The notes: generated from the sequence alone by a model not told the origin. 63,895 nt of DNA, filler included, from Reticulomyxa filosa (GCA_000512085.1; 23 parts of 23 records of this genome joined end to end with filler, not necessarily neighbours in it), one strand, 5' to 3'; shown: positions 38,579-52,208, numbered from the whole stretch's first letter. Numbers and translations: made by a program.

Positions 38579-39256
38579 ATGGGTAATCGAACAACAACAC
38601 AAAACAAACATCTTATTACTCCCTTTCAAACTTTGAAGGATTTGCGCAATCGACTTGAACACGCTCAATGTGTGCCATATAAACAGGAACTCATCATTTG
38701 TGGAGGCCAATTTAAAAATGCTTGTTATTCTTATCATACACTCAAAAACGAATATAAATTTATCTGTGAGTATCCAAGTAATGTTTCATTATGTGGACAC
38801 TGTGTAGTGAAATTGGTAGATAATAACAATTAACTCATTTTATTATCTTTTGGTGGATATTATGAACATACATTGATGATGAAATATGTAAGTGTTTGGA
38901 ATAATATATCAGATAAATTAAATGAATCAAATAATTACAATCAATGGATTCCTTTTACAGACAATAATAATAATCCAGTTATCATTAGAAGAGCTACTGG
39001 TAATTATGATATAGGACGTACAGTGATTGGTGGAAGCAATAATCATTTATTATTTATTACTTGTTTTCCGAAAGAAATTAGTGTATTTAATTTAAATACA
39101 TTTCAATTTATTAAATATGATAATTTACCAATTGATAATGATATTAGTAATCATTGTTTTGTATTAACTTCAGAAAAAGAACAAGTACAAGGACAAGAAA
39201 TGATGAAAATAGATGAAGAAAAAAATAAAAATTATCAAATATTGCTATTTTATAAA
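38579..39256 (+). pseudogene. Kelch-like beta-propeller family member with one in-frame TAA (38831-38833)
   Basis: MGNRTTTQ...FQTLKDL...QCVPYKQELIICGG...CYSYHTLKNEYKFICEYP...GHCVVKLVDNNN*LILLSFGG...VIGGSNNHLLFIT; the frame continues past the stop. Confidence 0.85.
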
Positions 39257-39578
39257 NNNNNNNNNNNNNNNNNNNNNNNNNNNNNNNNNNNNNNNNNNNN
39301 TTAATTAATTAANNNNNNNNNNNNNNNNNNNNNNNNNNNNNNNNNNNNNNNNNNNNGGGGGGAGAGAAAAAAAAGGGTAGCAGTGTTGTTTGGAAAAGAA
39401 ATTGTTTAAAACTATTTACAGCTTCGATTGCAAAACTATGTATCTTTGGATCTGTTAACAATTTTTTCAAAACATGTTCTCCATTAAAATTGAATTTTCA
39501 CTTTTAACAAAGGAAAATCGGACTACCGTGTAGTTCTAAATTTTTTTCCGATCTCGTCCTGCCCCTTAAACACTAATA

Positions 39579-41391
39579 ATGCGTTCTCCTTCCTCAGATA
39601 AATCTGGATCACCCCATCAGCCTTCGGAATTGGATGGAAATATAAGGAATGGGATCGAACTAGTATCGTCAAAGCCTTCAGGAGCGGCAGAAGTAGACAA
39701 GGACAAAGAGAAAGATTTAGATCGGATAGAGGAGACACAAAAAAAGAGTAAAGATAAAAAAAAGGAAAAGGGGACGCTTTACGGGGTAGCAGTAATGTTA
39801 TTTAGCGGGTTTATCTATTCGTGGATGAGTGTATGTATAGCAGTAGCGCACAACAGCTATAACTACGGAAGTATCGAATCAACTGGTATAAAAAGTGTGA
39901 TTCAAGTGCTACTAGTGACACTATCAGTAGTGAGTAACGACATAAAACAGAATTATTGCAAAACAAAAAAAGACCAATCCAAAGCAGCAGCTCAAACAAG
40001 CCGTTCAAAGGACGGAAGAGCAGTAGTGAACGATGAGAGTGACGACGACAATGAGGACGACGAAGGCAATCAATCAAATGATCAATTGAACCCGGAACGG
40101 GGTCACCTCAAGTTCATTCGAGAGGAAATGACTTGGAAGATCGGCATTTATCTGCTCGCGCTGACCACTTTTGGCGGGATTGCGGCATTGTTATTTTTCT
40201 TGAGCGTGAGTGTACTGCCCATTGGAGACGCTCTCGCCATTTGGGGGCTCGCCCCCATTTTCACCGCCTTCGCCGCTAAGCTCTTCTTACACGAGCCTAT
40301 CACACGCATACATTTCCTGTCGCTCTTTGTCGCCATCGTCGGCGTGGTGTGCATCGCCCAGCCATTGATTATGTTTGGTCATTACAGTCGGCATTTTCAA
40401 TCACAAAGGCACAGTTTCAACTTATATACATATACATATATTTATATTTGTATGTACATATTTATGTGTATGTGTATATGTATATATACACATGTATATG
40501 TATATATGTATATATGTGTATATATATATTTCTACGTATACAATTATATATTGTGCATTTATATTTGTATTTGTAGATGTACATATATTTCTTATATAAT
40601 AAAAAGACATGCAACGATCCAGTGCGGGCGAACAGATGGCGGGTTATGTGTGCAGTATCATTGGTCCGCTGTTGTTGGCGTTTGTCTTTGTGCTGTTTCG
40701 CAAGCTGCAAGCGGTGCCGACGGCGTTTTTGACGTATAGCCAAGGGTTTGGCGGCCTCATTTGCAGCTTGATAATGATGGGAATATTGTCGGAGAGGCCG
40801 ACCCCTGTTCTTAGTTGGTCTCAAGTGTTTGTCGTGCTTGGCATTGGCGTGAGTGGGTTTTTGGGTAATACCACAATGTCTTTGGCGGGACAGCTGATCC
40901 CGTCCGGGCTGTCAACACTGATCAATCAAACGGAAATCGTTTGGACGTACCTTTGGCAGGTGACGATCTTGCATGACTCCACAAACTGGATCACTCTCGT
41001 TGGTGTCACTGCTGTGATCGCTGCTGTGGTCGCGGTGTCCATTGAACAACTCAAAGACACTGTCAGCGTCGCCGGGCAAATGCAACTGCAACGGCTGACC
41101 AATTCTGTCAAATTCATGAAAATCAAGTCCATGAGCTCGTCCGATCTTGCGGATCCTAATCCTAATCCTAATCCTCGCCACTCTGACTCCAATGACACTG
41201 CCTCTGTCGATGTCGAAATGAAACGCTTGTATTCCAATAACTCCACAAGCTTTGCTGTTTCTATTTCCCCTCAAAAATCAAAGTCCAGCAAACGTAATGG
41301 CAAGTCAAACACCATCGATAGTGAAACTCATGCTATGTTAGACAATGACAATGCCTCCACTGGGTCCAGCACCAATGATGAAGCGCTTTAA
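39579..41391 (+). CDS. EamA/DMT superfamily transporter (SLC35G-like), one (TA/TG)n intron about 40387-40607
   Basis: About 10 TM helices; LPIGDALAIWGLAPIFTAFAAKLFLHEP and LIPSGLSTLINQTEIVWTYLWQVTILHD are typical EamA repeat motifs. Confidence 0.9.
40420..40600. repeat. Intronic alternating purine-pyrimidine (TA/TG/CA)n tract (one of about 10)
   Basis: Similar tracts at 1797-1870, 26860-26975, 47320-47365, 52640-52720, 60037-60105, 61710-61800, 62695-62762, 62863-62920 and 63470-63500; all lie in introns or at contig breaks. Confidence 0.9.
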
Positions 41392-42469
41392 TATATTCAC
41401 ACACACACACATATACTCCTTTTTGTTGTTGTCTCTGTCCATGTACTCCACTCTTCTTGCACTTTTACATTCAAGTAAAAAAAAAACGAGTGTTTCGTCT
41501 CTTTTTTTTTTTATTCAGCGTCTTTTTTTTCCTCGAATCAACAAACAGATAAATAAAAATCAAATTTTAAATAAAATATAAAGAGAAGACAAACAAGTTT
41601 ATTGGAATCAAAGCAACTTTAACTCAAAAAGGTTCACACTTTCTTTTATTATTAAGGCCTTGTCCGCACTATTTTCATTGTTTTTTGGATGTCCTTAATA
41701 AGGTTATATACTTTTATTTTATTTATTTGTTATTTTTATTTTATCTTGGCAAATATCTTTTCTCCTTTTATCAACAAAGTCAAATGTCATTAATACTTCA
41801 TGAGAAGGGATACATTTACATTAAGTGGTCTGTATAAAAACAAATCATGCCCAATTTAAGCTTGATCTTTTTGTTTTTTAAAAAATGACAAACATTTTTT
41901 CCAGGATATCTCAATTAAGTGAGCACATAGTCCAAAAAAGGTAGACAACTATAGTCGATTATAAGAAAAACAAAAGTGTAGTTCCGAAACAGTTTATGGA
42001 TATATGGCATTGGCCACAGGTTGTAATACAAGATACAACAATGACGCAAGTACGTCCCACAGATATCTGCATCAAAAACAAACAAAATGTTCTAAAATAT
42101 AAAGGCTATGAGAATATCAACTTGTTTGCAGTTTTTATAAAACATTGTCGTAATTTTTTGCACATCTATTTTAAGTCGTTGGATCTGTTCTCTTTAAGAA
42201 CACATCTTTCGTGAAACCTTTTTTCTAAAAAATGTCTACAATCTTCATAACAATTTTTGTCAATTACAAAAATTTTTGTTCTTTTTTTTTACGCACTATA
42301 TTATACTTAATGATTTTTTATTTTTTTTTTTGTAGGTATTGATTTGTTTTTATTATTTCCTTGTTAGTCTTCTTTTATACAGTTGCAATTTTTTAATGTA
42401 TTGTTGATAAGTGTACTTTTTTTATTTTTTACTCTTTTTTTCGTGCCAATGATTTTAATTAAAATGCTG

Positions 42470-42622
42470 TAGTTGAATATCCTTCTAATATTGTACTGTT
42501 TTCCTGATAATACATCCCATATTCGAATAGTTTTGTCCTCTGAATATGATAAAATTTTTGAATTAGCTGATAATAAATGTATGCCAAGTATATCATCTTT
42601 ATATCCTTCTAATATTTGAATT
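42470..42622 (-). pseudogene. WD40 repeat remnant
   Basis: IQILEGYKDDILGIHLLSANSKILSYSEDKTIRIWDVLSGKQ then a frameshifted ILEGYS. Confidence 0.8.
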
Positions 42623-44681
42623 TAATACCTCTTTTTCAATAAACTGTTGCATAATGTCCTTAATCACCAATTCAATATTTCCATTATAATGTGCAATTTT
42701 CTTCTGCAACTCTTCTTGTTGATCGAGTCTCCGAACAGTCGGGCTAATGCTTTTATTTCCTTAACATATGTTTGATCTTTTTCATTTGTCATTATTATTG
42801 TTATTGCTATTGTCTTGCATGTCTCCATTACATCTTTCATTTCCTGTTAAAACAAAGTTCGACACTCTCTTTGTTTCACACAGCCATACATCCACAATGT
42901 TTTGTCATCATAACCCGTATTTTGAAAGTAAACAGGGAATATTCCAAATAACGCACCATGATATCTCAACGGGCTTATTACATAGACAACATAACAACAC
43001 TGGTCATTGTCTTTTTTTTGTACCCCAAAAAAAAAAGCGAGAATAGAAATTATCTTTTTTATCAACAAAAAATGAAATCAACCTCAAAGCATTTCATTTT
43101 ATTTCCTTTGCTGTGTTGCAATTGACAGTTTCCTAAAAATTATGTATTGAATTTTTTGAGGGGCAAAGGAGGAAGGATAAAAATCTGCGCTTCCACAAAG
43201 GGGGGTTAAAAAAACCTCTCTTTGCCAAAACCTCAAAACGAAACTTGTTTCTTTAAATACCTACTGTGAATAAGACACAAAGTAAAACTTGTTTTTGTTA
43301 TGTTTTCTCCAGTTTATAAGCAAGTGAACTTGTTCCGATGCAATATCCCATATTCTATAAATCATATCATACCGCTGAAGAGGATTACAAGGATTAATGT
43401 TGAGATCGTCAATCTGTATGAGGATCTAGACCCATTTTTTAATTTACCGTCAAAACCAAGAGATTGAAATCAGAGCCAACAAGGAGAAAATGAACATAAA
43501 ACTTAAAAAAAAAGGAATCCAATTTTTTGAGCAGGAATATATAGAAAAAAGAAGTTAACAATGACAAAACAGACGAAACAACTCCAACAGTCTTTTACTA
43601 ATATTAAAAAGAAAGTTGTTTCCACTGCATGGAAGTACTGCGACGAAGACGTTGCTGAAACGACTAAAATCTTATGTTTTATCACAGAGAATAAGTTAAC
43701 TAAGATCATAAACGCACATTATGAATTATAGATTCATTTAAAAAAATTACAGAATATCCGACCAACAGCAAAAAGATTTAATGAAGCTGTTAGAAGAATT
43801 TAACAAACATATCGATAATTCAACACTTATAAAAACATGGAACGAATGTGGACAAATTTATTTTGATACGTTTTTTAAATTGAAACCAATTTGTTATATC
43901 AAAGACATTGAAAGGTTAAAATTTGCTTGAGCATATTTATTACAAAAAAATATATATNNNNNNNNNNNNNNNNNNNNNNNNNNNNNNNNNNNNNNNNNNN
44001 NTTAATTAATTAANNNNNNNNNNNNNNNNNNNNNNNNNNNNNNNNNNNNNNNNNNNNGCATCAAATCATCGTTGTTATTCATTAACATGAAATTTCAATT
44101 TAATACCTTGTGATTAATTTGGACCTTGGATGATCAATTACCCAACTTATCTTTACATCCTTTCAATATCATAATTCTTCTCAAATTGATATGCAATTGT
44201 CAGATTGTTATTCGGTAACTTTTTACTCCATCGAATACACTTGTGATACAATTTCACTTCTGCTAGATGTTGTGGTATCTAGTTGTTCTAGTTTTTACTT
44301 TATTTCAAATATAACTTTTTCGCAAATATTAATCTTTAATTATGCATAAATTTTTTTTCAACTAGGAACAGAAAGTATATTTTGTATTTTATTGTTGTGA
44401 TGTTATCTGTGAATAATATAAATATATCATTAAAATTACATTGTGAACACAGTCGTTGCACAAAAATAGGTCAGTGATTAATAATAGTATTTTTTAGCAC
44501 AAATAAGCCACATAATCGGTATTTGTAATTGCTTTAAAAATTAAATCGACATTTTTTCCCCAAAAGGTCACAGTATATGCACGACTTGCACTAGCACAAA
44601 AAAGGGAACGTATAATCAAAAGAAAGCACATCTAAAAATTCAACCAAAAAAAAGAAATAGCGAATATTATTGTGTTTCAAT

Positions 44682-47600
44682 TCAACTTTTTCTGTGTTTA
44701 CGCTTCCGATTTTTTTGAAGATTTTTATTTTCAGTTTTAACTTCTTGCTTGCCATCAGGTTCTGCATTCGACTGTTTTTTGGCAATTTCGGATTGCGAAT
44801 TGGATTCATCTTTTTTTTTATTATTTTGAGGCATAACATCGTTATCGATTGTATTGTGATTGTTGTTGTTATTGCTGCCCAAATGGACCTTGTCATGAAG
44901 GCCAAGGTTAGCTCGAGGGTCGAATGTCTGTGTCTGTGGGGAATTGGCCATCATGTGTCCGTCTACAACCTATCCACACCCGTCTGTGTGTCTGAGGTAA
45001 ACAAGATTTTTTTTTGTAGAATTTAACACAAAAGTCCCTTAAACTGTGATCCGATTAATACAAGTTTTGAGTTGATCTTTTGAACCAGAGCCTGTGTTGA
45101 GAGTATCATGACTGCTCATCATCCGTCGACCCAATACAGCCAAATTATTTTGAATTTGTTTTCGCATTTTGGATCCCAATGCTCGTTCAGCTTTTTCAAA
45201 AGATTCTTTAGCTTCCTCAAATTTGTCTCGTTCCATCATCATTACACCATAGTTATTGAAGGCACGGCCGTGATTGGGATCCATGCGAAACAATTTCTGA
45301 TACTGGACCGTGGCGTTGTCATAATCTTTCAAATTTCCTAAAATGCTGGCATAGCGAAATACTGCCTCGATGTGATTGGGACATAACTCGAGCGCAACCT
45401 CGATTTGTTCTTTCGCCTCTTTCCACAAATTCAGCTTATTCAATATTGTCGCCGCTTTTTCGCATAATTCCACTTCTATGATCCGATATTGCTGCGCCTT
45501 TGGGATGAACAGATCCGGAAGGACCGCATCACGAAACAGATTGCAATCGCAAGGATAGCTTATTTTTCGTTTTTTGTTTGCACGAACAAGAGAGGAAGAA
45601 GAGTTGTTGGAATGCTGTGTGTCATGCTCTTTGGTTTCGTTATCCATCCCTACATTGGCTTTGGGAGAACTGGGCAAATGTGTGACAGTAGTCGAAGAGT
45701 GATGAATTGATGTCGTTGTGGTTTTTGTTGTGACTGGTGTGGTTGTTGTGCCATTGCATGACTTGTCTTGTTTTCCATTTTTGTGTGTTTTTTTGAGATT
45801 GTCATGCTCACTCGCTTTTGACTTTGGCATTTCACTCGTGTGCATTGTCTTGGTCGTTGCAAAGTCATCTTCTTCGTTCGCTCCACTGTTGTCGCTCATC
45901 ATCATAGCGCTCACATCTTTCATTTCCATTTCATACTTTCGCTTTTCCAGACGGAATAGTTCCAACGCTTTCAAGATGTTCCGTTTAGACGAGTGCACAT
46001 CTGCGCCCATATCAAATTGGCAATATGCATAATACCTATTATTTGTGTGTGACACCTTGAATTAACAAAAAATGAATGAATGTATGGAATCAGATAACTT
46101 ATGATACTGCCAATTTTCAGGGACTTGCTGGCAACACGTGTGGAAGTGCTGAACAGCATCCTGATATCTTTTCAACTGATATTGCAAAAAGGCCAAAATA
46201 AATCTGCAGTAGTGATTCCCTTCATTTGCATTGGAAAACTCTCGCAAGTGTTTAATGGCTTCCTCTTGGCGAGTGCCTCCACAGTCGAATAAGTACAAGC
46301 AATAAAATATGCGATTTTGTGCGTGGTGTTTGTCCAAAGCCAAGGATATATTGAAATGCTCCTCAATCACGGCGTTGTTGCTTTGAGTTGGAGTGGAGTG
46401 CGTATTGCCATTGTCATCTTTCGCTGTGTTGGAATTGGCCCTTTGTACCAATTGCATTTGGTACAAGCAAACTGCATACATAGCATGTCCCTCTGCATGT
46501 TTGGGTGCTAAATGGAGTAACTTGTTTAATCTGGACAAGGCTATATGTAGTTTACCCATCGACTATTCATATATGTATGTGCATATGAATATGAAATTTG
46601 TGATGTCCTCTGAGACTCACTCGACTTCACATACAGACAGAAAAATACCATAGTGATCATGGCTCCAAGAAAGAGTGCCTCGATATGTTTGGGATCAATA
46701 TCCAATGCCTTAGACACCTGTGTGTCCGCTTGTTTAATGAGATTAATTCCCAACAAAATTGCCATAAGCGACTAAAATATCGGGATCATTCGGTCTCCAC
46801 ACCACCAGCTTTTGGAACTTGTGCATGGCTTCTTTGGTTTGTCCACGAAGGCTATACAAGGAGGCCAGCTCCAAATGAGCTGCCAAATGCTGTTGATTTG
46901 ATCTGTGCAAGGATTCGCCAAATATTTGTGTGCGTCCTCGAATTGACCCAATTGCATAAGCACATAGCCGTAATAGCTGTATACTTCGGCGCTCAAATGA
47001 CCGCTATTAATCACTGGCTCTAAATACGTTTGTGCATCACGAAATTGTCCCGAGCGGGATAGATATAGCGCATATCGAATCAATGCATCATTTACAGGAT
47101 AGGGGACTTGCTTCCATTGAGCACCAGACCATGGCTCCAAGGCTTCGCGATAAAACGACGCTGCTTGGTCGTTGTTGTTTACATAGTCAAAGTACAGGCC
47201 AGCGGCATACTTCAATCCGACGCTGGGCGGAAAGAATTGCTGGGGATTCGTATAAGGAGGATATGATTGCTGCGATACTGCCGTGAGGATCATCTTTTCC
47301 ACTTTTTGTATTCATACGTAAACAATATTATATATGTGTATGTACATACATATAAATATAGGTATTACCATCTCTGGATATTGTTTTGCTATTGTTCCAT
47401 TGCAATTTTTTAAATTGCAAGGCCACATAAGCAGCAATAGCCAAGGGATGATTGGCGTGGTATTTGAAACACTCTTGCATCCTTTTTTCGGCATGTTTGA
47501 ATGCGTTGTGGATTGGACTGGCGTTGCCGATGTGAGCAGGATGGCAATGGTCTTTGTGACGCGACGTGCCATCCGCATTGGAGCAATCATCTGCAACGTG

Positions 47601-48020
47601 CGAGTTGGGAGTACCATCGTAGCTTTGTCCGAGCAAATACAAAAGCACCTCTGCCAAAAAGCCATAGAGTGAGTCCTCTCCACATTCGAAACACTTGCTA
47701 ACATAAGCTCTTGCCTTTGAATAGTTGTGTATTTGAATTTGAGCCATTGCTAATAGCCCGTACGCGTCCATGTTGCAGGATTGTTCTCTCAGCATGCACT
47801 CCAACACGTACTCACTTTGCAAAGACTTTTGGCACTCCAAGAGCGCATACACATAGCACTTTTCGATCATTCCTAAAGGCACATTGTATGCATGTAGGCC
47901 GTTGATATCAAACATTAATCCGATGTCTCCTTTGGGATCAATGATCGTTCCGCTGCTCACATACTCATTGCTTGGGTGTGTTGTCTGTGAAGTGTTGCCA
48001 TTCAGTGAGTCGAGGGTTCT
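44682..48020 (-). CDS. Large multi-exon tetratricopeptide repeat (TPR) protein, 5' truncated
   Basis: Many TPR units (EVALELCPNHIEAVFRYASILGNLKDYDNATVQYQKLFRMDPNHGRAFNNYG; AHLELASLYSLRGQTKEAMHKFQKLVVWRPND); GT-AG introns link the ORFs; frameshifts near 46921 and 46758; basic C-terminal tail RKRKHRKS. Confidence 0.85.
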
Positions 48021-48021
48021 A

Positions 48022-48057
<36 letters not shown>

Positions 48058-48189
48058 NNNNNNNNNNNNNNNNNNNNNNNNNNNNNNNNNNNNNNNNNNN
48101 NTTAATTAATTAANNNNNNNNNNNNNNNNNNNNNNNNNNNNNNNNNNNNNNNNNNNNAACCATAGGCAGAATAATAAAAGATAACTGCT

Positions 48190-49178
48190 AATGGAAAATT
48201 TAGGCACAGCCAAAGCGATTCGAGTGTACTCCAACTGTGTTAATGCATTTTTGACCACGTCATTGTCAATTTCGGTTTGACATGTGGAACACTTGGGCAG
48301 GGCGAGAAATACAAACAAGTTGTTTGTGTTTGCACTGCGCAGCTTGATAAATTGGAAATAACGGTTTTCATAATAGTCAAAGTGGTCAATCTGATGCATC
48401 AAATGGATTTCCGTTTTCACATTTGTGCGCGATTCATCCGAATAAAATGGGTTTTTGCTTGTCATACTTTCCGGAAATTGTTGAGACCAAAGACCATTTA
48501 TGTATAATGTATTCACAAGTATCATCACATCTGATTCACTTATTTGTGGTAGAGCTTTATGGATCATCCCTTTTTTTTTTTTTTTTTTAAAGAAGTTTTT
48601 TTTATATACCTTTTTCCCCTTCTTTTTTTTTTTTTTTTTGTATGTATAGCCTGTAGTTTACCATCAGTTTGATTTTCAATCCAATTGTTAATCAATTGCA
48701 AACTGCCATTGGCCTGCAAGTCCAGCATATAAAAATTATCTTGGCCCACTGCAGATACGTATGACGATTTTACTTGCGCTTCAAATTCGTTGTCTAACCA
48801 TATACGGTTGGCCACTTTGACTAGTGGCTTTGTTGAATTGCTCTTACTACTCACAACCGAACCGTCGTACCGAGACATCAAGGCTTTGGAATAGTTTGAA
48901 TACGTATCAAAGACCATTTCGCTTGCGCTATTTGCATAATGCAATACCGCGTTCATTTCCGACCGGGTAGTGCCCGCCACACCGACATATGCTGCACTTA
49001 GACACGACTCAATGCTGAAAGGTGATATAAACACGTTGCCTTGATCTTCGTCTTTGAACAGCTCTTCCATTACCTCAAAGCCTAATGCGTCATTGCCTTG
49101 CAACACGTCAGTCTGCGTTCCTTTAACGGTAGTCGTCACTACTCCAACAATTAGTGCAATCTCAATCCACATTGACAT
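48190..49178 (-). CDS. Secreted serpin, N-terminal two thirds (reactive centre loop not in contig)
   Basis: Signal peptide MSMWIEIALIVGVVTTTVKG; NVFISPFSIESCLSAAYVG..GTTRSEM; VANRIW; INNWIENQTDG | MI; ILVNTLYINGLW..QF; LAVPKFSI. Confidence 0.93.
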
Positions 49179-50149
49179 ACTTCCTAATGCCGTCGAAATA
49201 TTGGTTATCTGCTTCTGATGTCAGCCAATTAGTTTACTTGTTTTACAATGAAGTATTCAGATGAAAAGATTTTTTTTCCGTTGTTGTGAATCCTGCATTT
49301 ATACAAATGAACCAAAAGAGAAAAAAGGACAAAGCAAAAAACATTAGAATGATACATTTTCAATTTTCACTGTTTATCCTCAACTTTTTTTTCTCAACAA
49401 TTGGAATATCAAACAAAAGAGACGAAATAATGTCGACATGAAATAAATTATATTCGAAAGAAGTATTTGTAAAAAAAGAAAATAATTTTGAACAAGTTCC
49501 GTGTTACTGTTATTATTTTTTGTTGATTTACTCATTGCAAGTAAAAACAAAAAGGCATTTTAAAAAGTGATACTTAATAATGCATGGAACGAACNNNNNN
49601 NNNNNNNNNNNNNNNNNNNNNNNNNNNNNNNNNNNNNNTTAATTAATTAANNNNNNNNNNNNNNNNNNNNNNNNNNNNNNNNNNNNNNNNNNNNTTTAAA
49701 ATTATTAATTATTATTTATTATTTTGTGGGACGTCAGCCGGAAGAGGTTATACTAAATGTAATACGAAAAGGGTTTTACTCAGGAAACCAGTGTTCGATA
49801 AAACAAAAGTGAATTAAATAAAAGAAAGATGAATGACTCAACAAAAGAAGAAAAACAAAACAAAAGAGTAAGTGAATTTGGTTGAGTAGTTTTAGCCCAC
49901 TGGGGACTACCATGTTCCTTCAATGTTCAGATATTTATAGGGCCTTGCCCTACAATTTATTATTTATGATTAAAGAAATAAACTTTTTGAGGAAAAACAT
50001 ACAGGGTGAGACCCAAACTTATCTATTTTTTTTTTAGCATATAAATTTTTTTTTTAAATAAAAAACATTAGTAATTAAATTTGATTTTTTGAACTTGTGG
50101 GATGATGCCAATAGGTCAGTTCTTAGCAACATCGTAGAAATAAAATCAA

Positions 50150-50344
50150 TTACGTACATGGCTGTTGTATCTGTCGATTGGACAATCTAAATAACAATGA
50201 TTGAGTATTCCATCGGGAAGTTCGAAATATGAAGTAATATGTCAACCAGGCAGTAATTGTTTGTCTGACAATGCTATTGCACGACATCACCGAACCACTG
50301 ACTAAAAATGCGACCAATAACAGTACCGGCAATTCGTCCAACAT
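50150..50344 (-). CDS. Possible alkaline ceramidase/CREST-like membrane protein fragment
   Basis: MLDELPVLLLV resembles the ACER QLLDELPM motif; nearby hydrophobic exon-like pieces at 50400-50460 and 50550-50640; no other motif seen. Confidence 0.25.
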   Translation of the reverse strand: MLDELPVLLLVAFLVSGSVMSCNSIVRQTITAWLTYYFIFRTSRWNTQSLLFRLSNRQIQQPCT

Positions 50345-52208
50345 GTTTTTTTCTATGTTATTTGTTTTGTTAAAAAAAAAATTAATTAAAAGCTAACAAC
50401 AACGTCGACAATACCAGACGATCAACACAACTATCAACATTGGCACCAACGACATAATAGAAAAAAAACAAAAACAATTGACGAACAAAAAAATAAAAAT
50501 TAATAACAAAAAAAACACACTACAAACTAATCATACAATAATACAGCTTACTGACAATATCTCCGGTCAACACAATTGACGACGCAAAGGCTGACAAGTT
50601 GAACACAAAGACTAACTGCTGCTCCGACAAAAAAGCATACATACACACTACATTTTTTTTATGATCTTCATAAAATGGATTTGCTGACAAAAATGATTTA
50701 ATATTTTACAAACATTTCTTCCAACAAATGCAACAACTAGACCTTTAACAAGAAGTCCAATTCGTAGACCCACTAGTGGTTTCTACTAGGTTTATATCAA
50801 TTACGTATTTGTCTTTTTCATTTTCGATCACACAAATTTCGAACTCATTTTTATGTGAACATAGACAAAATATAGCACCAACAATCACAAAATATTTGTG
50901 AAATCAATGTGTACAATATGTGTCCAATCTTTGAATGATAGCACTAAATCAAATAATTAGAAAAAATTGATTTACTATAAATTTTATTTGGCAAAAAACA
51001 AATTGAATGTCACAAATAAATACAATAATTATAATCAATTATCATCGACTGTTTGAAAAAAAATTGTACATGGTCGACATTACAAAAATAAATCAATATT
51101 CATTATTAATAAAATAATGTTGATATTTGCAGAAAATTATTTAGAGATAATATTATAGACTGATAGAGATACAGAAAAAAAGGCAGAAATGAACAATTGA
51201 AAACAAGAAATCGAAAATCTTCTTGTTTTCGGAGTTGTTCTTTTGTTCTTTTTGTCAACATTGTTTCAATTGATAAAGTTGTTGTAATTTTATTATAACT
51301 AATTTAAATTGAATTCAAGACAAGTAAAAAAAAATTCATTACTACATGCAATGTGAAACCACTATTTTATTTGCTTTATTCCATGAAATATTTTGATCAA
51401 TTTCAATATCTAAACTTTTACATTTCATGATATTATGAAATTCATTTTCTGGATATTTCTTTTCATTGTCATCATTATCTATTTTTATCAACCCATTATT
51501 ATTATTGATAAATAAATAAAAAAGATAAATAAAACTTTGAATAAAACGAATGAAAAAAAGAACATGTTTTGTTTTAAATAATTCTTATTCTCTGTTACTG
51601 GTAATATATTGACCATTATTATTAGAAATTTTAAAATATTATATATTATCACTCGATTTTTTGTTTTTTTTTAACGAATAATCTCTAACTTACGAAGAAG
51701 ATTTTTATGTGTGTTGATATTGCATTACTTGTCTCGTTTGTTATGCAACAGCTATATGAATTTAATGTAAAAAAAACAATCGATAAAATTTACTTTGTAA
51801 AACATGTTTTTCACTTCAAGAAAAGATATTAATCTAGCAAAAATCTTTTTTTTTCAAAATAAAAAATTTAATTAACATAAGATGATCATGTTATATATGT
51901 TTATTTCTTTTTTCTCTAATGAAAAAATATATAATATATATGATCAAATCACCCTTGACTCCAGCAATAAGTTTTTTCTAAATCACCATAATAAACTCAA
52001 TTGTTAAATATAAACATATATGGGGGTGGTCCCGAAAAATCACACATGCATCACAATTTTTTTAAAATTATTANNNNNNNNNNNNNNNNNNNNNNNNNNN
52101 NNNNNNNNNNNNNNNNNTTAATTAATTAANNNNNNNNNNNNNNNNNNNNNNNNNNNNNNNNNNNNNNNNNNNNCCCCCCCCTCCTCCCCTTTCCCAAACA
52201 AAAAAAAG

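Noticed and set aside
38831-38833. In-frame TAA at a position where paralogues have Gln/Glu, suggesting TAA reassignment or readthrough
   Set aside because: TAA is the true terminator of many intact genes here (WD40s, CDPK, eIF3f, AGTRAP-like), and the family has other pseudogenes; a nonsense mutation is simpler.
40349-40824. Y/I/M/C-rich ORFs and read-through extensions (also inside the eIF3f, CDPK, TPR and XPO1 ORF calls)
   Set aside because: Translations of intronic (TA/TG)n microsatellites bounded by GT-AG.
50000-50020. TA-CAGGGTGAGACCC resembling a mariner TIR
   Set aside because: No matching inverted end found in the same contig.
50735-50790. Palindrome GTAGACCCACTAGTGGTTTCTAC near CTAG, like a Helitron 3' end
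   Set aside because: Spacing to CTAG|T is non-canonical and no 5' TC end or second copy is visible.
51191-51240. AT-rich hairpin (GAAAACAAGAA/TTCTTGTTTTC); similar stem at 34391-34442
   Set aside because: Short stems in very AT-rich DNA with no snoRNA boxes or other support; cannot be called ncRNA.
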